64,000 nucleotides of DNA from Camelus dromedarius (taxonomy: Eukaryota). The stretch spans positions 70,682,001 through 70,746,000 of the forward strand of contig NC_087437.1 of NCBI RefSeq assembly GCF_036321535.1. The letters run 5' to 3'. The notes beneath the pieces are model-generated. The model ran no database searches. It had not been told where the DNA came from and saw only the letters and a list, made by a program, of their open reading frames with translations. A program made the translations under genes and the position numbers. The stretch's first letter is position 1; every line of letters begins with the position of its first letter. This document shows, piece after piece, positions 1-12,779 of this stretch.

Positions 1-563
1 TTGAAAGCCTTCAAGCTTAATACATTTAGGTGCAATCCTTAACCTTTTCCTATTTCTCTTCTACTTTAATACAAAACAAAAAAGAAAAATACAAACCAAT
101 TACAACAACACAGATATTATTGCCATGAATTCAGAATGTCAGGAAATTTTCAGTAGGCCTAGTCATGACATAATGATGCAAAATGCACCACCATTTTTGG
201 AAAAGTTCCCTAAAACAGTTCCAAGATTTCTCTCCTGAAACACAGGAAGATTGATACATATCAACTTCTAGAGGATAGTTGGTGAACGAGTGTCAGGATT
301 TTCATAAGAACTGCTGAGAGTCCAATCGTGACCTCATAGCCAGAGAATCAGGTAAGCCGATTAGCAGCTCATCATTTTTCTGTTTCTTAGCTGGACCATG
401 TCAGGATTTACTGTCCCACAGTTTGACTTCTTGCAGGTGTCAGAGACAGTTTCTGTGGAATATAATTTCATAAAAAGATGTCAGTCTAACCTTCCCCCAG
501 AGCATCCCTTAGATCAGATTGGATGTATATTACGCCCCACCCCCAGGAGTCTTTACAGGCTAC

Positions 564-1052
564 TCTAGCAGGTGTGTCGGGCACTCAGTCATTATCCCTC
601 AGCTCACTCTAAGTTCAGCCACACTGAAGCAGTTCTGTGTTAGCCCAGACTCCTGCCTCAGGAATGCTTTTCTGCATTCTGCCCCAGGACTTTTTCCAAT
701 GCCAGGAGAGCTCAGTGAAGCTATATTGGATTGGGGAACCTGAATGGCAGCTTTACTCCCTGTGGGACCAACCCTCAACCAAAGGAGGAATAGAACTGAA
801 AAAAAATTTTCCAGCCTCTGTTTCCTTCTGATGGATCCCTCTGGAGGCATGTGTGTAAGTCTCAGAGACCCTGTTGGAATTGCACTGCTAGTAGCCTGTT
901 TGACCAATAATATTCCTATTATTGCCAGTCCTCCTCCCTGCCTCACTCTCATCATTCCTCCACTCCTGCCTTCTGAAGTCACCTTCCCAGTTACCATCTG
1001 CACCTAAGTCCTTGTCTCAGATCCTTCTTTGGAGGGAATCCAAAATGAGACA
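564..1052 (+). mobile_element. Solo ERVL LTR, LTR16-like
   Basis: 3' end 'gtcaccttcccagttaccatctgcacctaagtccttgtctcagatccttctttggagggaatccaaaatgagaca' resembles the LTR16 terminus; 5' 'tctagcaggtgtgtcgggcac' resembles the LTR16 start. Confidence 0.75.
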
Positions 1053-1174
1053 GGTAGTCAGATCTTTTATTTGTTTTAATCAGTTCACAGTACCTTCTTC
1101 TGTACTGTCTACTATTCCCAGTGAATTATTGTCCATTTGTAACCTGGTTCCCAAAGCTAGATAGCTCACATCCA

Positions 1175-1292
1175 TAGATTATAATATTTGGTGGGAGAGA
1201 CATTGTTTATTCATCTGTGGTCTCCTGTATCTAGCACTTCCCTGACACATAGTGGGTGCTCAATTAATGTTTGTTGGATGGGTGAATAAATG
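1175..1292 (+). mobile_element. L2 LINE 3' end fragment
   Basis: 'tgtatctagcacttccctgacacatagtgggtgctcaattaatgtttgttggatgggtgaataaatg' is the typical L2 tail. Confidence 0.8.
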
Positions 1293-2267
1293 CATAATCT
1301 ACACACTGATTTTTATTGCCAGTAATAAGAAATACTGGTGTATTTCAGTCATGTGAGATGTGTTACAACAAATTTGTTGCTAATAATAAACTTCTGATGT
1401 ATACGTGTATGGTTATTATTTTAAAAATTAAATAAACATGAGATTGACCCTATAATAAAGTTATACTCATACACTTGTGTTTTCTAATGTGCTTTATTAA
1501 GTGAGAGAAAATGGGTAATGTTTTAGTTTATACTCCAGAAATTGCAGATAACCATAGGTAAATCCATGAGCATGTGTTAAAATCTAAATATCCCTGTACA
1601 TCATGGTGGGAAAAACAAAGTTGAGTACTTCAAAGTCATACTGTGGGAATGGTGGCAGTATACCATCATTTGAAGTGTCTGATCAAATTTAACAGGCTTT
1701 TGAATGACTCTCTTTTGGGATACTTGTTGCTGTGATTATGTGAATCTAGTCTGAAATGAGACATGGTGAAGTCTTGATGTCTGTTTTCTATATCTGTGAT
1801 CAGCACCAGAGAAGAGTCTGCCTTCCCTGAGTGAGATTAATGAGGCCCCAGAACATAAATCACAATGAGACAGGAAGTTCAAAACTCTCTTCCTGCATCT
1901 CAGTGTCCATGACATGGACATTTTAAAGTAATTTCCAGGGTGCAGTGACCAAGGTGATCACCCTTGTTAGGATGGATGTTACCACAAGCCTCCTTCTTCT
2001 TAACCAATGTCCCAGTATGGACTGAAGAAGAAGGACACTTCAGGAAAAGGGACATTAACTTTCCAAGTAGTTTATTTTGGACCCACATGAGTATAAAAGG
2101 ACCTGGTGTTGCATATTAGCTGTATTCCATTATGGAAAAAAAATATTTTTCCCCACTTCTGGAAAATTTCTTCAGCTTTGGTTGTAGGAAAATAAGCTAT
2201 CAATAAGTACTGAATTTGTCCAAAAAAAGAAAAAAGTATCTGTTTTAGGAAGAAATGGTGATTGCCA

Positions 2268-2356
2268 TTTTTTTTTTAATGGAGGTACTGGGAATTGAAC
2301 CTAGGACCTCGCGCATGTTAAGTGTGCACTCTACCACTGAGCTATACCCTCCTCCC
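2268..2356 (-). mobile_element. tRNA-derived SINE, camelid Vic-1-like
   Basis: Reverse complement GGGAGGAGGGTATAGCTCAGTGGTAGAGTGCACACTTAACATGCGCGAGGTCCTAGGTTCAATTCCCAGTACCTCCATT followed by an A tail; A box TAGCTCAGTGG, B box GGTTCAATTCC; short flanking repeat ccattt at 2265-2270 and 2358-2363. Confidence 0.9.
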
Positions 2357-2901
2357 TCCATTTACTTTCTTAACGTTCATTCTGACACCTGAAGAACTAT
2401 AAAATTATAAATATTTAGAAATATTCTCTTCAAGAAAAGTCAGCTATCTGATCTGCTTTTCTCCAAAGTGGAGTTCTTTGGAATTTGTATTATGCCTACC
2501 TTCTAGCATAGTTTTCTAGATACCCTCATGTTTTCTCCAGTGCTTATTGAACAACTTCTTAGGAAACCCCTTTCCACTTTAACATTGTTTTCCAGAAAAA
2601 TATGAGCTCAAATGTGAAAGATCTAAAATAAGGCTGTGAGATAGTGATTATAATGGCTGATGCTGCTTGTGTTCTGAAGAGTTTGTGGTTTTATATAGTG
2701 TGTAGTTTGCCAAACTATGTGGGATGGTTACTGAGTCCCTCAGGGAGGCCTAGTAACAACTGGAGCTTCAAGGGTTAGTCATATCTAGCCCAGCAGAGCC
2801 TCCTCTAAGGCTCCAAATCCTTCCCAGTTTATCCAACAAGCAGGAAAATTATTATCCCTTTCTATGTGTGCCATGATATGAAAAAGTTTGGGAAGTGCAG
2901 T

Positions 2902-2970
2902 GTTATGGACCGAGTGTTCACGTCCCCCTCCCAAATTCATATGTAGGAGCCCTAACTTCCAGTGTGATGG
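2902..2970 (+). mobile_element. MaLR LTR 5' fragment (MLT1A/MST-like)
   Basis: 'tgttatggaccgagtgttcacgtccccctcccaaattcatatgtaggagccctaacttccagtgtgatgg' resembles the MLT1A/MST LTR start. Confidence 0.7.
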
Positions 2971-3034
2971 AAACAGCCTTGTGCTTGGAACTTTATTCAA
3001 GCTAACACATTAAATAACCTTACAGGCTAATGAG

Positions 3035-3285
3035 ACAGTATAGCATGATGGTTAAATTCTGTGGGCAATAGGCAGGAAAGTCTGACCACACAGCCACTTA
3101 CTAGCTTTGTGACTTTGTGAGAAAGTTTATTATATCTTCTCTTTGGCTCAGCTTCCATAATGCAAGGTGATAACAGTAAAATAATAGTCCTCACCTCCAA
3201 AAAACTGTTGTAAGGATCAAATGAGTGAATACATCCAAAATGTTTAGAATAGTAGTAAGTCCTCAATAAGTATTACCTACTATTT
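3035..3285 (+). mobile_element. MIR SINE, near full length
   Basis: 'acagtatagcatgatggttaa...ccacttactagctttgtgac...ctgttgtaaggatcaaatgag...tcaataagtattacctactatt'. Confidence 0.85.
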
Positions 3286-3439
3286 TCTGTCTTTTGATGC
3301 CTACGTTAAAGTCCCACTCTTCCATGAACCCTTCCATCAAAATATAAATCCATGTTGATTCAACTTCTTTGGTCTAGAATTGGGTTCTCAGTAGAGGTAA
3401 CAGAAATGGAAAAGACCAAGGTCTCTGATAAGCTTTTTA

Positions 3440-3635
3440 ATTCTGGCTTTCCAGATTCCTAATATGGTGGCCTCTGAGAATTAAGATTCTCTTACTCAGT
3501 CATATTTTTATTTAAAATGAATAAATAATTAGCCATCTTAGTATTTTATTAGGATTTAAATGAGGTAATATGTTTGGAGTCTACTACCTTGCCTAGACAA
3601 TAAATCGTTTTGTAAATGTTAGTCTTTTCTCCCTT
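3440..3635 (+). mobile_element. Degenerate MIR (MIRb-like)
   Basis: 'taggatttaaatgaggtaatatg...cttgcctagacaataaatcgttttgtaaatgttagtcttttctccctt'. Confidence 0.55.
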
Positions 3636-4024
3636 GCATTGCTATGAAATTGTTTTGTTTATTTTAACAACTTGTATCCCTGGATAGGTAATTCATATAC
3701 TTTTGCCAGTAACACAGACACACACATTAGCTTGAGACTGTCAATAAATATCTATAAGCTGTTCAGAGGTAGCGATGGTGAGATGGTACATCTCAGTTTA
3801 TCACAGGTCTTCCTGACTCTCACATAGTATGTATTCATCAGATGTCCCACTGTTTGTTTGATTCAATAATAGTATTTATAATAGCTTTCTCTTTCTTATC
3901 CTGTTGATTTATTCAGATGAATAGAAAACTTTTTTATAAAGCAGCCTTTATTTCCTTCTGTGAGCATATAGAACTACTGAATGAATGAAAAGTGAGTGAA
4001 TGATTGAATGAATGACTCTATCTT

Positions 4025-4645
4025 ATTCATTGAACAGTTATTGAACATTGGTTATGGCGGTGCAGTATTTGGACATCATTACTTGGCCAAATATACAACA
4101 CACTGCCTCTTTTCCTTTTTTGTTTATAAAACTTGGATGAAAGATTCAAGGCCAATACTCTCAGGTAGTTTACCAAATAGATTCTAGAAGGAGAGAGACT
4201 TAGAAACAAACAGTTTCAATATAAAGCATAATAAAGGTACTGTTACAGAAGGATAGTTAAAGTGCTAAGGGAAATCAGAAAAAGAGATTAATCTAAGATG
4301 AGTGAGAAGGAAAACTTTAGAAAAGAAGTGATATTTTAGATAGATGGAAAATGAAAGAAGTTTTCACCTGAAAGAAAAAAGAATAGGACCATCTAAGCTA
4401 ATGGAACATCAAGAGAACTGGGTGGGAAGCCATGATAGAATCTGGTGTGTTTCAGAAATGGCATGGAGACTAGAATGGCAAGACTTGAGGGCATATGGAA
4501 TTTAGTGGGAGATGAGGCTGTAGAGTTTTTCAGGAGCAGATCATGGATGTCTCAGAATGAAATTCTGTTGGTTAATTACTGGGAATCATTAAGGGTGGCT
4601 TTAAAAAAAAAAATAGTGACAGCCAATCTATTTTTTCCAGAAGCC
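4025..4645 (-). mobile_element. L2 LINE fragment
   Basis: Antisense L2 tail 'attcattgaacagttattgaaca' followed by 'gggagatgaggctgtagag...ggagcagatcatgg...gggaatcattaaggg'. Confidence 0.7.
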
Positions 4646-4829
4646 AGATGTTACTTAATTCATACCAGTCTCAGTTGATGATGAACTCTGGATCAGTTAG
4701 AGAATCACACAGTTCCACCAAAAAAACAAACAAACAGAATCATATCCTTGTATGATGGACATTTTATCCTGTGAAAGTGGTACTATATCAAAAATGAATG
4801 CAACACCAAAGTTACCTTTCTAAAATAAA

Positions 4830-5225
4830 AATACAAACATATCATTCCTCACCTTGAAAATGTTTCCTTATTATTTATAAGATAAAATCTAAACTTTGCT
4901 GTTGTATGTCATTACAGAGCACTTTATAATCAATCAACCATTTGGTTTCTCATCTGTAAGAAGATTATGATACCTGTCCTGCAGTGTTGGTATGAAGTGG
5001 TTCATACAAAGCACCTAGTACATTGATACATGGTCATCTCATGGCAGCTATGATTATAATCACTTTATTATCTCATCTCTGTTCTCTCTCACCAGCCCCA
5101 TCCTTATGCCCTCTACTATTTTTCAGATCAATTTGATTATTCTTTGTATTTTCATTGTCCATTATAATGCCTAACACATATTAGATACACAATAAATGTG
5201 TCTTAATGAATTAATGAATTAAACT
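4830..5225 (+). mobile_element. L2 fragments with an inserted MIR fragment (about 4940-5060)
   Basis: 'ttataagataaaatctaaactt' (L2); 'ggtttctcatctgtaag...tacctgtcctgcagtgttggtatgaag...aaagcacctagtaca' (MIR); 'aatgcctaacacatattagatacacaataaatgtgtcttaatgaattaatgaatt' (L2 tail). Confidence 0.6.
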
Positions 5226-6436
5226 AACTTCCTAAGGTCATTCTTATGCTTATGCATTCTAGAGAAAGATAAAATATTCTTCTCTGGCATTACATTTTAA
5301 ACAATTCTGTGTAATTGAGCCATTTAATGACAGAATTCCAGGAGGCTTTCTTTAACTGAAAGTCCCTCCTTTTGAAATTATCAACTCAATACAGCTTAAA
5401 GTCATATATAAGAAATAATGATTCTGCGAAGTATTCCTGAAGACTACTGACTTTAGAATTATCCACCTAAATAGATATGTTTGCTAAAAAATCACAGACA
5501 AAATTCCACCCATCCCTTTAGTGTGGAGGTGAAAGTTCTGCTAGCTGATTGGAGAGTTTGTTAACAGCACTGGTTATGGTCTCCCGTTGCCCTTAGACTT
5601 TTTCTCTCCATAAGATAGTAGTTGATTTTGTGTGAGTTCTCTGTGAGCATTTTCCAAATCTTTTTTTTTTAAAAAATGGAACAGAAATACAGTTTTCAGA
5701 GTGATGCTGTTATTAGTTGATAATGCCAAGGCACCAATGAACAGTGTATTTTTAAAACTGAATATGTTCTTATTTTCTTATTTGTTGATTTTAAATATCA
5801 TCTAAACATGTGAAGAAGAAAATCAAATTTTGCCAATTTGAAAAGAACAAAAACAGCTAAAACCTTCTTTTAAAATTTCTAAGCTATTGTGAGAATATTA
5901 CAGACAAAAGATTGTATATGAAAGAATTTTTTTTAAGTCAGGTTGCTTTGCCTTTCTTTAGTCACTTCAAAAGTCTTTGTCAGATATGAAAAAGAAATAT
6001 CCTCAAAATGAAGAGTAAATATAATTAAAATGGTTCCTTGCCTTGACATACAAGCTTCTTATCGACAAAAATCTGTATAAATGTAATACTAGGAAACTTG
6101 GGTTTAAAAGAAGGAATAAGAAGGAGTGGGCAGGGAGGGAAAGGGAGAGAGGGAGAAGTTTGATTTTTATAAGAGTTGACATAGAAAACGATGGTAAGTG
6201 AAATTATATTAAATCTTTAATTGCTTTGATGAGAAAATTTTAGACCCACAGTATTTTCTTTTTATTGCCAGTATTTGGCATGTATCTAGCACACAATAAT
6301 CTCTTTTTAGTAGTTTACTAATGAATGAATGATATTGGGTAGGTCACACTAGTTTGGTTTATAATAATTAAAATTCAATCGATTCATCATCAGGAGCAAA
6401 TATTTATTGAACATCTACCTTATGTTCATTCTTTAG

Positions 6437-6650
6437 CAGGTAGTATAGGGCTGTGGTTAAAAGTTCACAGTCTTGAACACTTAGCTGTGTAGTAAGCCTC
6501 GGTTTCCTCCTGTGCAAAGTGAAGGTTTTGAAAGTGCCTAGAGGGAAAGAGGATTGGGGAGAGTTACATGAGAAAACGCCATAATGCACTTGGCTGAGTT
6601 TCTGGCGCGTAGTAAGTACTCACTAATTTTAGACACTGGTATAAATATTA
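6437..6650 (+). mobile_element. MIR SINE
   Basis: 'caggtagtatagggctgtggttaaaag...cacttagctgtgt...gcctcggtttcctcctgtgcaaagtg...tctggcgcgtagtaagtactcac'. Confidence 0.75.
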
Positions 6651-6876
6651 TATTACTTATAAGTATGTGTAATACCTGGTAGAATTGTTATAAGATTTAA
6701 TGAGTTAATACATGTTATTGCAGCAATGCCTAGGACTTCCAAGATTTCAACAGCATATGTTAAACAATTGGAAACCCCAACACAAAACAGTGCAGATTCA
6801 AACTGATAACTTCTCTGAAAAGAGACACAATCTAATTGGGGAAAGGGATCATATATATTAACAGATTAGAATCAGT

Positions 6877-7098
6877 AGTAATGAAGTTAACCTTTATTAA
6901 ACATTGACCCTCCACTGAGCTCCAGTGTGCATTATCCCATTCAACCCTCATAACAACTACATGAAATTGGTATTATTATTCCTGTTTTACATAGGAGGAA
7001 ATTGAGGCACAGCTATTGGTAGAGTTAAGCACTGCTGGTATATGGGGTAAATCCTTTATATATGAATTCCAGATCCCGCACTTTTAACCACTATGTTA
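6877..7098 (-). mobile_element. MIR SINE
   Basis: 'attatcccattcaaccctcataacaactacatgaaattggtattattattcctgttttacataggaggaaattgaggcacag...ttttaaccactatg'. Confidence 0.85.
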
Positions 7099-7244
7099 TT
7101 CAAAACAGGCTCTAAGACAAGAAGTGTTTAAGTGTTCTGAAGGGAACGTAACACTGATCACTGGCCAATTGGGGAAGAGCTTCAGGGGCCGTAAGGAGCA
7201 TTGAGCTTATTGGACCAAAGATTCATCATGTGGCAGAGCCTGGC

Positions 7245-7460
7245 TCCCTCTGAATCCTGACTCCTACTTACTGGCTGTGTGATGTTGGGAACATCTTTAA
7301 TCTCTCTGTGCCTCTATTGTCTCATCTATAAAATGGGAGTAGTAATGGTATTATCTGGTCGAGTTGTGAAGATTTGATGAGTCAATACCTGTGATTATAG
7401 TGATGCCTAGGACATAAGAGTTTGTAAACGTTAGCTGATGTTAATATCATCATTATTACT
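7245..7460 (+). mobile_element. MIR SINE
   Basis: 'tgaatcctgactcctacttactggctgtgtgatgttgggaac...tctctgtgcctctattgtctcatctataaaatggg'. Confidence 0.85.
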
Positions 7461-8535
7461 GTTGCTGCTGCTGCTGTTGTTAGTGACTGTGATTCTTTGA
7501 AATTTTTCCTTCTTAATTAGCTAGCATTTAAAATGTAAAGAGAAGCTACTATTGCAAAGGTGTAGATCATTAGGAGACTTAGAGTTTAGGTTTTCTACTT
7601 TTAGCTCAAGAACTGTGCCTCAGCCTAACATGATGGGAAAACATGTCAGAGGGTTTCATTGTATATTTAGATGAAAGAAATTCAGTAAGAGAATATGTTC
7701 ACTAGCCTTCAGTGTTTTTTTTTTCTTTGCTTTGTGCCTATTCATTGATATTTCTCGGTTAGCCTTCTTAAGAAAACAATAATATCAAGTAAAAAAATTG
7801 TTGTCGTTTTATACTTCTTCTGGACATACAAAGATTATTTTTAAAAATATGCACACAGGGGCTTTCAAACAGAATCTTGGGAATGCTAAGCCACAGCTCA
7901 CACTGTCACATTTAGTCCATTTCATTAAAGGAACAGTAATGTGCTTAGTGGCTAAGTGTGTAGAAATCCACACACACACAAAAAGTACAGTAACCTTATT
8001 CGTGAGAAGAATATGATAATATTCATTGACAGGGAAACTACAAGGAGCAATTATCCCAAGCTGTGCCTTTCAGACAGTGCTGTCAGTTTTTCCACTTTGA
8101 TGAGTACAGCTGAGCTTGTGATGCAAGGGAGAAATTCCAAAGTGACTAGAAGACCGGGCCATGGCCACCATATTAGCTATACCAAAGGAAAAAAATATCC
8201 GTCAAGGAAAGATAGATTTTAAAAACATTTGTAAGAGAAATGATTATTGGCAGCACTTGACTAAATTTGCTCTCTGCTGGTGACCCCTGCAGAAGTAGTT
8301 TATCAGACACCCGTCTTCTTCTGCCCTTTCTGGAGACCCTTTAAAGCCAGAAAGCTATACCAGAACACCCACATTTCTAACGTGTGTGTGTATGTGTTTA
8401 AACACATCACATTTGGAATGTTTTGTAATATTGGGGATTAGGTATCACATGACTTTTTATAAATCAAAAGGCATATCTAATTTTACTACTTTGGGCAAAG
8501 AAAATCTACTGCAAACTCTGACTTTTTATTTTTGT

Positions 8536-8597
8536 GTCTTTCTTTCTTTCTTTTTCTTTTTCTTTCTTTCTTTCTTTCTTTTTCTTTTTCTTTTTCC
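8536..8597. repeat. (TTTC)n low-complexity pyrimidine tract
   Basis: Directly visible imperfect TTTC/TTTTTC repeat. Confidence 0.9.
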
Positions 8598-9800
8598 TTA
8601 TAAACAAAGTAAAGTTTAATTTTAGTATTTGTAAGATAATTTGAGTTACACTGATTAACTTTTTTTCTGGTATTCATTCATCTTAGTCTATACCTGTTTT
8701 TACATGCTCAGTATTGGATTTTTTTAAAAATATAAATCTCTGAGGCTAGGAGTTAATAATTTAAAATAGAACAAGGTGCCACTTGCTCATTCCTCTCCTT
8801 GCTTACTTTCTTTACCTTTCAAAATAACTGCAAATTTTACTGCATGGAAGCACAGCACCTCTTTACAGACACATCAAAACTACAGTGTGTGTAAGCTGTA
8901 AAACGACTAGGATTAAAACTTGTCCAAGGTTCTCAAGCCCATTCTTCACAAATGAACCCTTCTCCCTGATTTAGAAAGTGTTTTGAACGGAGCATAACTA
9001 AGTGGAGTAACTAAACAATTGCTTTTGAGAATCTGAAGCTTGCCCATTAAGAGTTCTATAGCCTTTTCTTTTGCTTTTTGTGGTTTAAGAAGTGATTCAT
9101 GTTCAGTATATGAAAGTTCTGGGTTCAGCCCCTTGAGCTTTTAGTGGAAGGTTCTACATGAATCTAATAAATAAAACAAAAAATGTAAGAACTGAGGGCA
9201 GTTGAACTCATGTGAGTTTATGCACCAAAATATTTTCTTCCTGGGAAGAAAAGTTATCTCCTATATATTTTAGTTTCCAAAATACCCTAGTTTTCTTAGG
9301 AAAACACACAGGATTCAAGCTGATTGTAAACAACTGATTCAAATATTACCTGGAACTTCATAGAATAACAGCAAAACTTTTCAGATAGGAAAACCATTAC
9401 CCACCAATAGGGGTGAATTATGAACCTATTCCAACTTAGCGAAAGCACAGTCAAGTGCTTTAATAATGCTGAATTTTAGATGTTGCACTGATGAGATATT
9501 TTTTATACAAAGAAAAGACCAAAATGTACAAAACCTCAGGATGTGTGCCTGGGTTAGAATTACAATGCAGCTGTCATCTTTGCATTTCCTGGCTTTCATG
9601 AACCATTACTAGTGATCCTCTGTCATTTAAATCAGTGGAGAACATGGATTTATCTTAATTTTCACCCTTTGTTTCCCCTTTTTGTGATAACAGTTATGAG
9701 ATATGATGATGTAAAATGTTTTTACTTATAATGGTTTCAGCCTTGTCCCTTGGCAGCCTAAATCTTCTGGCTAATTCACTGATCAGTTAAATAGTTGAGG

Positions 9801-9924
9801 TTATTATTATTATAATTATTATTTTACATTTATATAGCACTTTCCTCCAAGGGGCTCAAGGCATTTTACACACAGTAAATTACCAAATAGGAATTAATCC
9901 TTGTATCACCCCGTGGGGTAGGTA
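9801..9924 (-). mobile_element. Ancient MIR-family 3' portion (MIR3/MIR1_Amn-type tail)
   Basis: Reverse complement 'tgtaaaatgccttgagccccttggaggaaagtgctatataaatgtaaaataataattataataataataa', plus core-like 'aattaatccttgtatcaccccgtggggtaggt'. Confidence 0.55.
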
Positions 9925-10225
9925 CAGTCACATAAATGAAATTCTATAGAAGTCCTGCCTGTGCCACAGCTCTCAGCTCTACTCCTCCCAGCCCCCAGTG
10001 AATCTACCTGTCTCACTAAAGATAAAACAGAATGCTGTTGGCATGGCAGGAACGGCTCGAAGCCAAGATCTTTGGGAAAATGGTTCTGTGTCCTTGCTTT
10101 AGTGCTTTGAGCTACCCTGGAAAATATCACTAATAAGAGCAGCTAAGCATGCACATCTTGATTTGCAATTAACAGATAAATTTCAGCTACGTAATTCAAT
10201 TTAATCCTGATTCAGATAAGTTAGG

Positions 10226-10393
10226 ATGTGGTCCTAAAACTTTAGCGTATACAAAAGTCATTTGGGAAGGAGCCTTCAAATGCAGATTCTAAGGTTTTCT
10301 GGCTCAGAGAATCTGAAAGGGTCCTCGAAATTTGTATTTTCACCTTAGGTGATTTCAGGGCAGATGATGTTTACCCATGCTTTGAGAAACTTG
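10226..10393. mobile_element. MER5A-like hAT-Charlie DNA transposon
   Basis: 'gtggtcctaaaactttagcgtatacaaaagtcatttggg...aaatgcagattct...atttgtatttt...aggtgatt...catgctttgagaaac'. Confidence 0.7.
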
Positions 10394-10404
10394 AGCTGAT
10401 TAAG

Positions 10405-10542
10405 GAAGAAGTGTTAGTCCCCATTGTGCAGATCAGAAAACCGGTGGCTCAGGAAGGCGACATGTCAAAGTACTTGACAGAGCATGGACCAGAAACTGAG
10501 TTTCCAAATTCCAAAACCCAGACTCTTTCCACTTTGCTACAG
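10405..10542 (-). mobile_element. MIR fragment
   Basis: 'tagtccccattgtgcagatcagaaaaccggtggctcagg...ccagactctttccactttgctac'. Confidence 0.65.
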
Positions 10543-11801
10543 TGCTTCCAGAAAGGGAAAGCAGAGAAAGAAACAAATAAAACAGTATCTAAATGTGAAG
10601 AAAAGAAGAGTTGTTCAATGTGCATGTGAAACATTTTGCACTATTATGGACTGGGGTCCACTGGCTCATTTGGAACTTCAGGTTCATTCGTGATGCCTGG
10701 ACAGAGAAGACCACTGTCTGTGGGGCAGGGCAATTCTGAAGCCTGTTCCTTGATCTCAGAGCTACCTTATTCCCTCTAGAGAATGAGTCAGTCAGCTAAC
10801 TCTAATCTAGTGGGTGCCTCATGGAGAGTAATTTTTAGTTTTTCACCCTGCCCACAAAAAAGAGTCCTCTACTTAATAGGTGCTGCCACCAAAATAAAAA
10901 GTGGGCTTTGCCAGGAAACCAAGAAAAACTCTTTTAATAAGCTTCCTGTTTACGTGAGTGGGCCCTTTATAGGATGGGATGGGTTTTACATTTTTTGTTT
11001 GAAGCATTCTTACTCCATTTCAGAGAGAAAGAAAAAATACAACAGGAAATGGCTATGAACAATTTAACTATTATTTTTCAATTTAGTATTCCATTTGGAG
11101 TAATTTCATTCATTTTTAAAAATTAATTTTTATTCCATTTTCCTTAAAAAGCAGGCCAAAGCATTATAGAAAAAAACTGTAGACAGACAGAGTGCATCCA
11201 GAGTTTTTATTTTCTTCTGAACTTCTTACTCAGAAGTGTCAGAATTCCATGGTGGGGTTTGAGGTGCTTGTGGCATTTATTTGGGGTTTTCAGAAACCAG
11301 ACAAACAGACACGTGGTGTTACCCGTGGTAAAAATTCCCACACTCTGCGTAAACTCACCACATTTTTCAGTAGGTGCTACTGTAAATTGTATTGAGAGAT
11401 TTTCATATCCTTCCTTTTCTCAAATGCATGTACCCCTTAGCTATGAATAATACTTATTACTGTTTACCTAAAAAGTTTTATGTCCCTCTAACATACGTTT
11501 TTATTCTTAGAAATTATCTCTGAATTTTTCATCTTAAAAACAACAACAACAACAACAAATAAAAACCACTGTGATTATTCACAGTCACTGAACAGGCATT
11601 TTATTTAAAAGAGTCTAGAAACCTTGTTAACTGTGGGATAAGGTGGCATCTAGTCTATTCTTTGCTGGGGGTGGAGAGCAGCAACAAGAGGGATACATTT
11701 GGAAATGTAATTTATATATGTTTCTAAAAGCACATTTTGTATCTTTCTCTGATTTTGCCTTTCAGGGTTGTCAGGTTTGATCCCTTTAAGATTATTTTAT
11801 A

Positions 11802-11972
11802 CCAAAGGTGGATCAAGAAATTACTGGGAGCTTAAACTATTTAGAGGACCCTCCTTAAGGAAAAGAATACAGAATTATGATTACAAATTAAGTGCAGGGT
11901 CTTGGAAGGGGCTGTGCAAGTGATGGGCCCTCAAGTTTAAGTTCCATTAAATTCTCAGAAAATCCACCTTGG
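11802..11972 (-). mobile_element. MER53-like hAT MITE
   Basis: Terminal inverted repeats ccaaaggtggat (11802) and atccaccttgg (11962-11972); internal 'gaccctccttaaggaaaagaatacagaattatgattacaaattaagtgcagggtcttggaaggggctgtgcaagtgatgggccctcaag'. Confidence 0.8.
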
Positions 11973-12280
11973 CATATGCTCATTTGGAACTTTACAGAGG
12001 CACCCGTAATAAATATTACTGTTTCATATAATAACAAGATTATCTGAGGCTAAGGCTCTACTTTAAATGTCTAGTCTTTAGGTTAAAACTAATAACCCAT
12101 TGTAAAAATAAAGCAAGCCTAACTACCAACAGTCTGACTAACTGGTTCTCTGTAGTGTGCATCTCTGCTTAGTCAGGCTGACCATAACTTAATGCAGGTC
12201 AACAAATAACATTAGAGCAGACATCTCTGCATGAAGCCTGGTATTTTAAGCAATATTGAAACAATAAACTACAGGTCAGC

Positions 12281-12340
12281 AAAAAAAAAAAAGGAAAAAA
12301 GAAGAAGAAGAAGAGGAAGGGGAAGGGGAAGGAGAAGGAG
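12281..12340. repeat. Purine-rich low-complexity tract (A run, GAA, GGGGAA)
   Basis: Directly visible. Confidence 0.85.
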
Positions 12341-12469
12341 TCAACAGTTCCTTGAAGTTCTCTGTAATGGGATTATAGCTGTATTATCAAACTAATATCA
12401 AAAACTAGAGTCGCTTGCAGTTGGCCCACTGTTTCTTTTTTCTGAGTTGAAAAAGACATAAGAGACTTC

Positions 12470-12640
12470 CCCACAGCATTTTACTTCTACCATCCACTGT
12501 CACACTTAATTTTACTGTTTCTTTTGGTTCTTCATTATTTTAAGTAGATTCATTTTTTTCCCTCTAGAATAAGATTATAAGCATCTTGAGAGCAGAAATA
12601 AGATTTTTTTTTCTGAATTTTTCACAGAGCTAGAGCTTTG
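12470..12640 (+). mobile_element. L2 fragment
   Basis: 'ccccacagcattttacttctacc...ctagaataagattataagcatcttgagagcagaaa'. Confidence 0.55.
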
Positions 12641-12779
12641 TTGTTTCCTTCCAGTTGTTGTCCCCCCCTACCCATATTTAAAATCTCTCCCTTTGCCTTG
12701 TTCTAGAAACAGTGTTTAGTGGTGGTCTCTTGGTAGTAGGTACTTAACAGTTTTGAATTTGAACTACTGTGAAAACCTG

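Noticed and set aside
519..1164. Five overlapping ORFs (up to 134 aa)
   Set aside because: They lie mostly within a decayed LTR16-like solo LTR and resemble no protein I recognise.
2278..2356. tRNA-like sequence
   Set aside because: It has an A tail, a TSD and no proper acceptor stem, so it is a tRNA-derived SINE rather than a tRNA gene.
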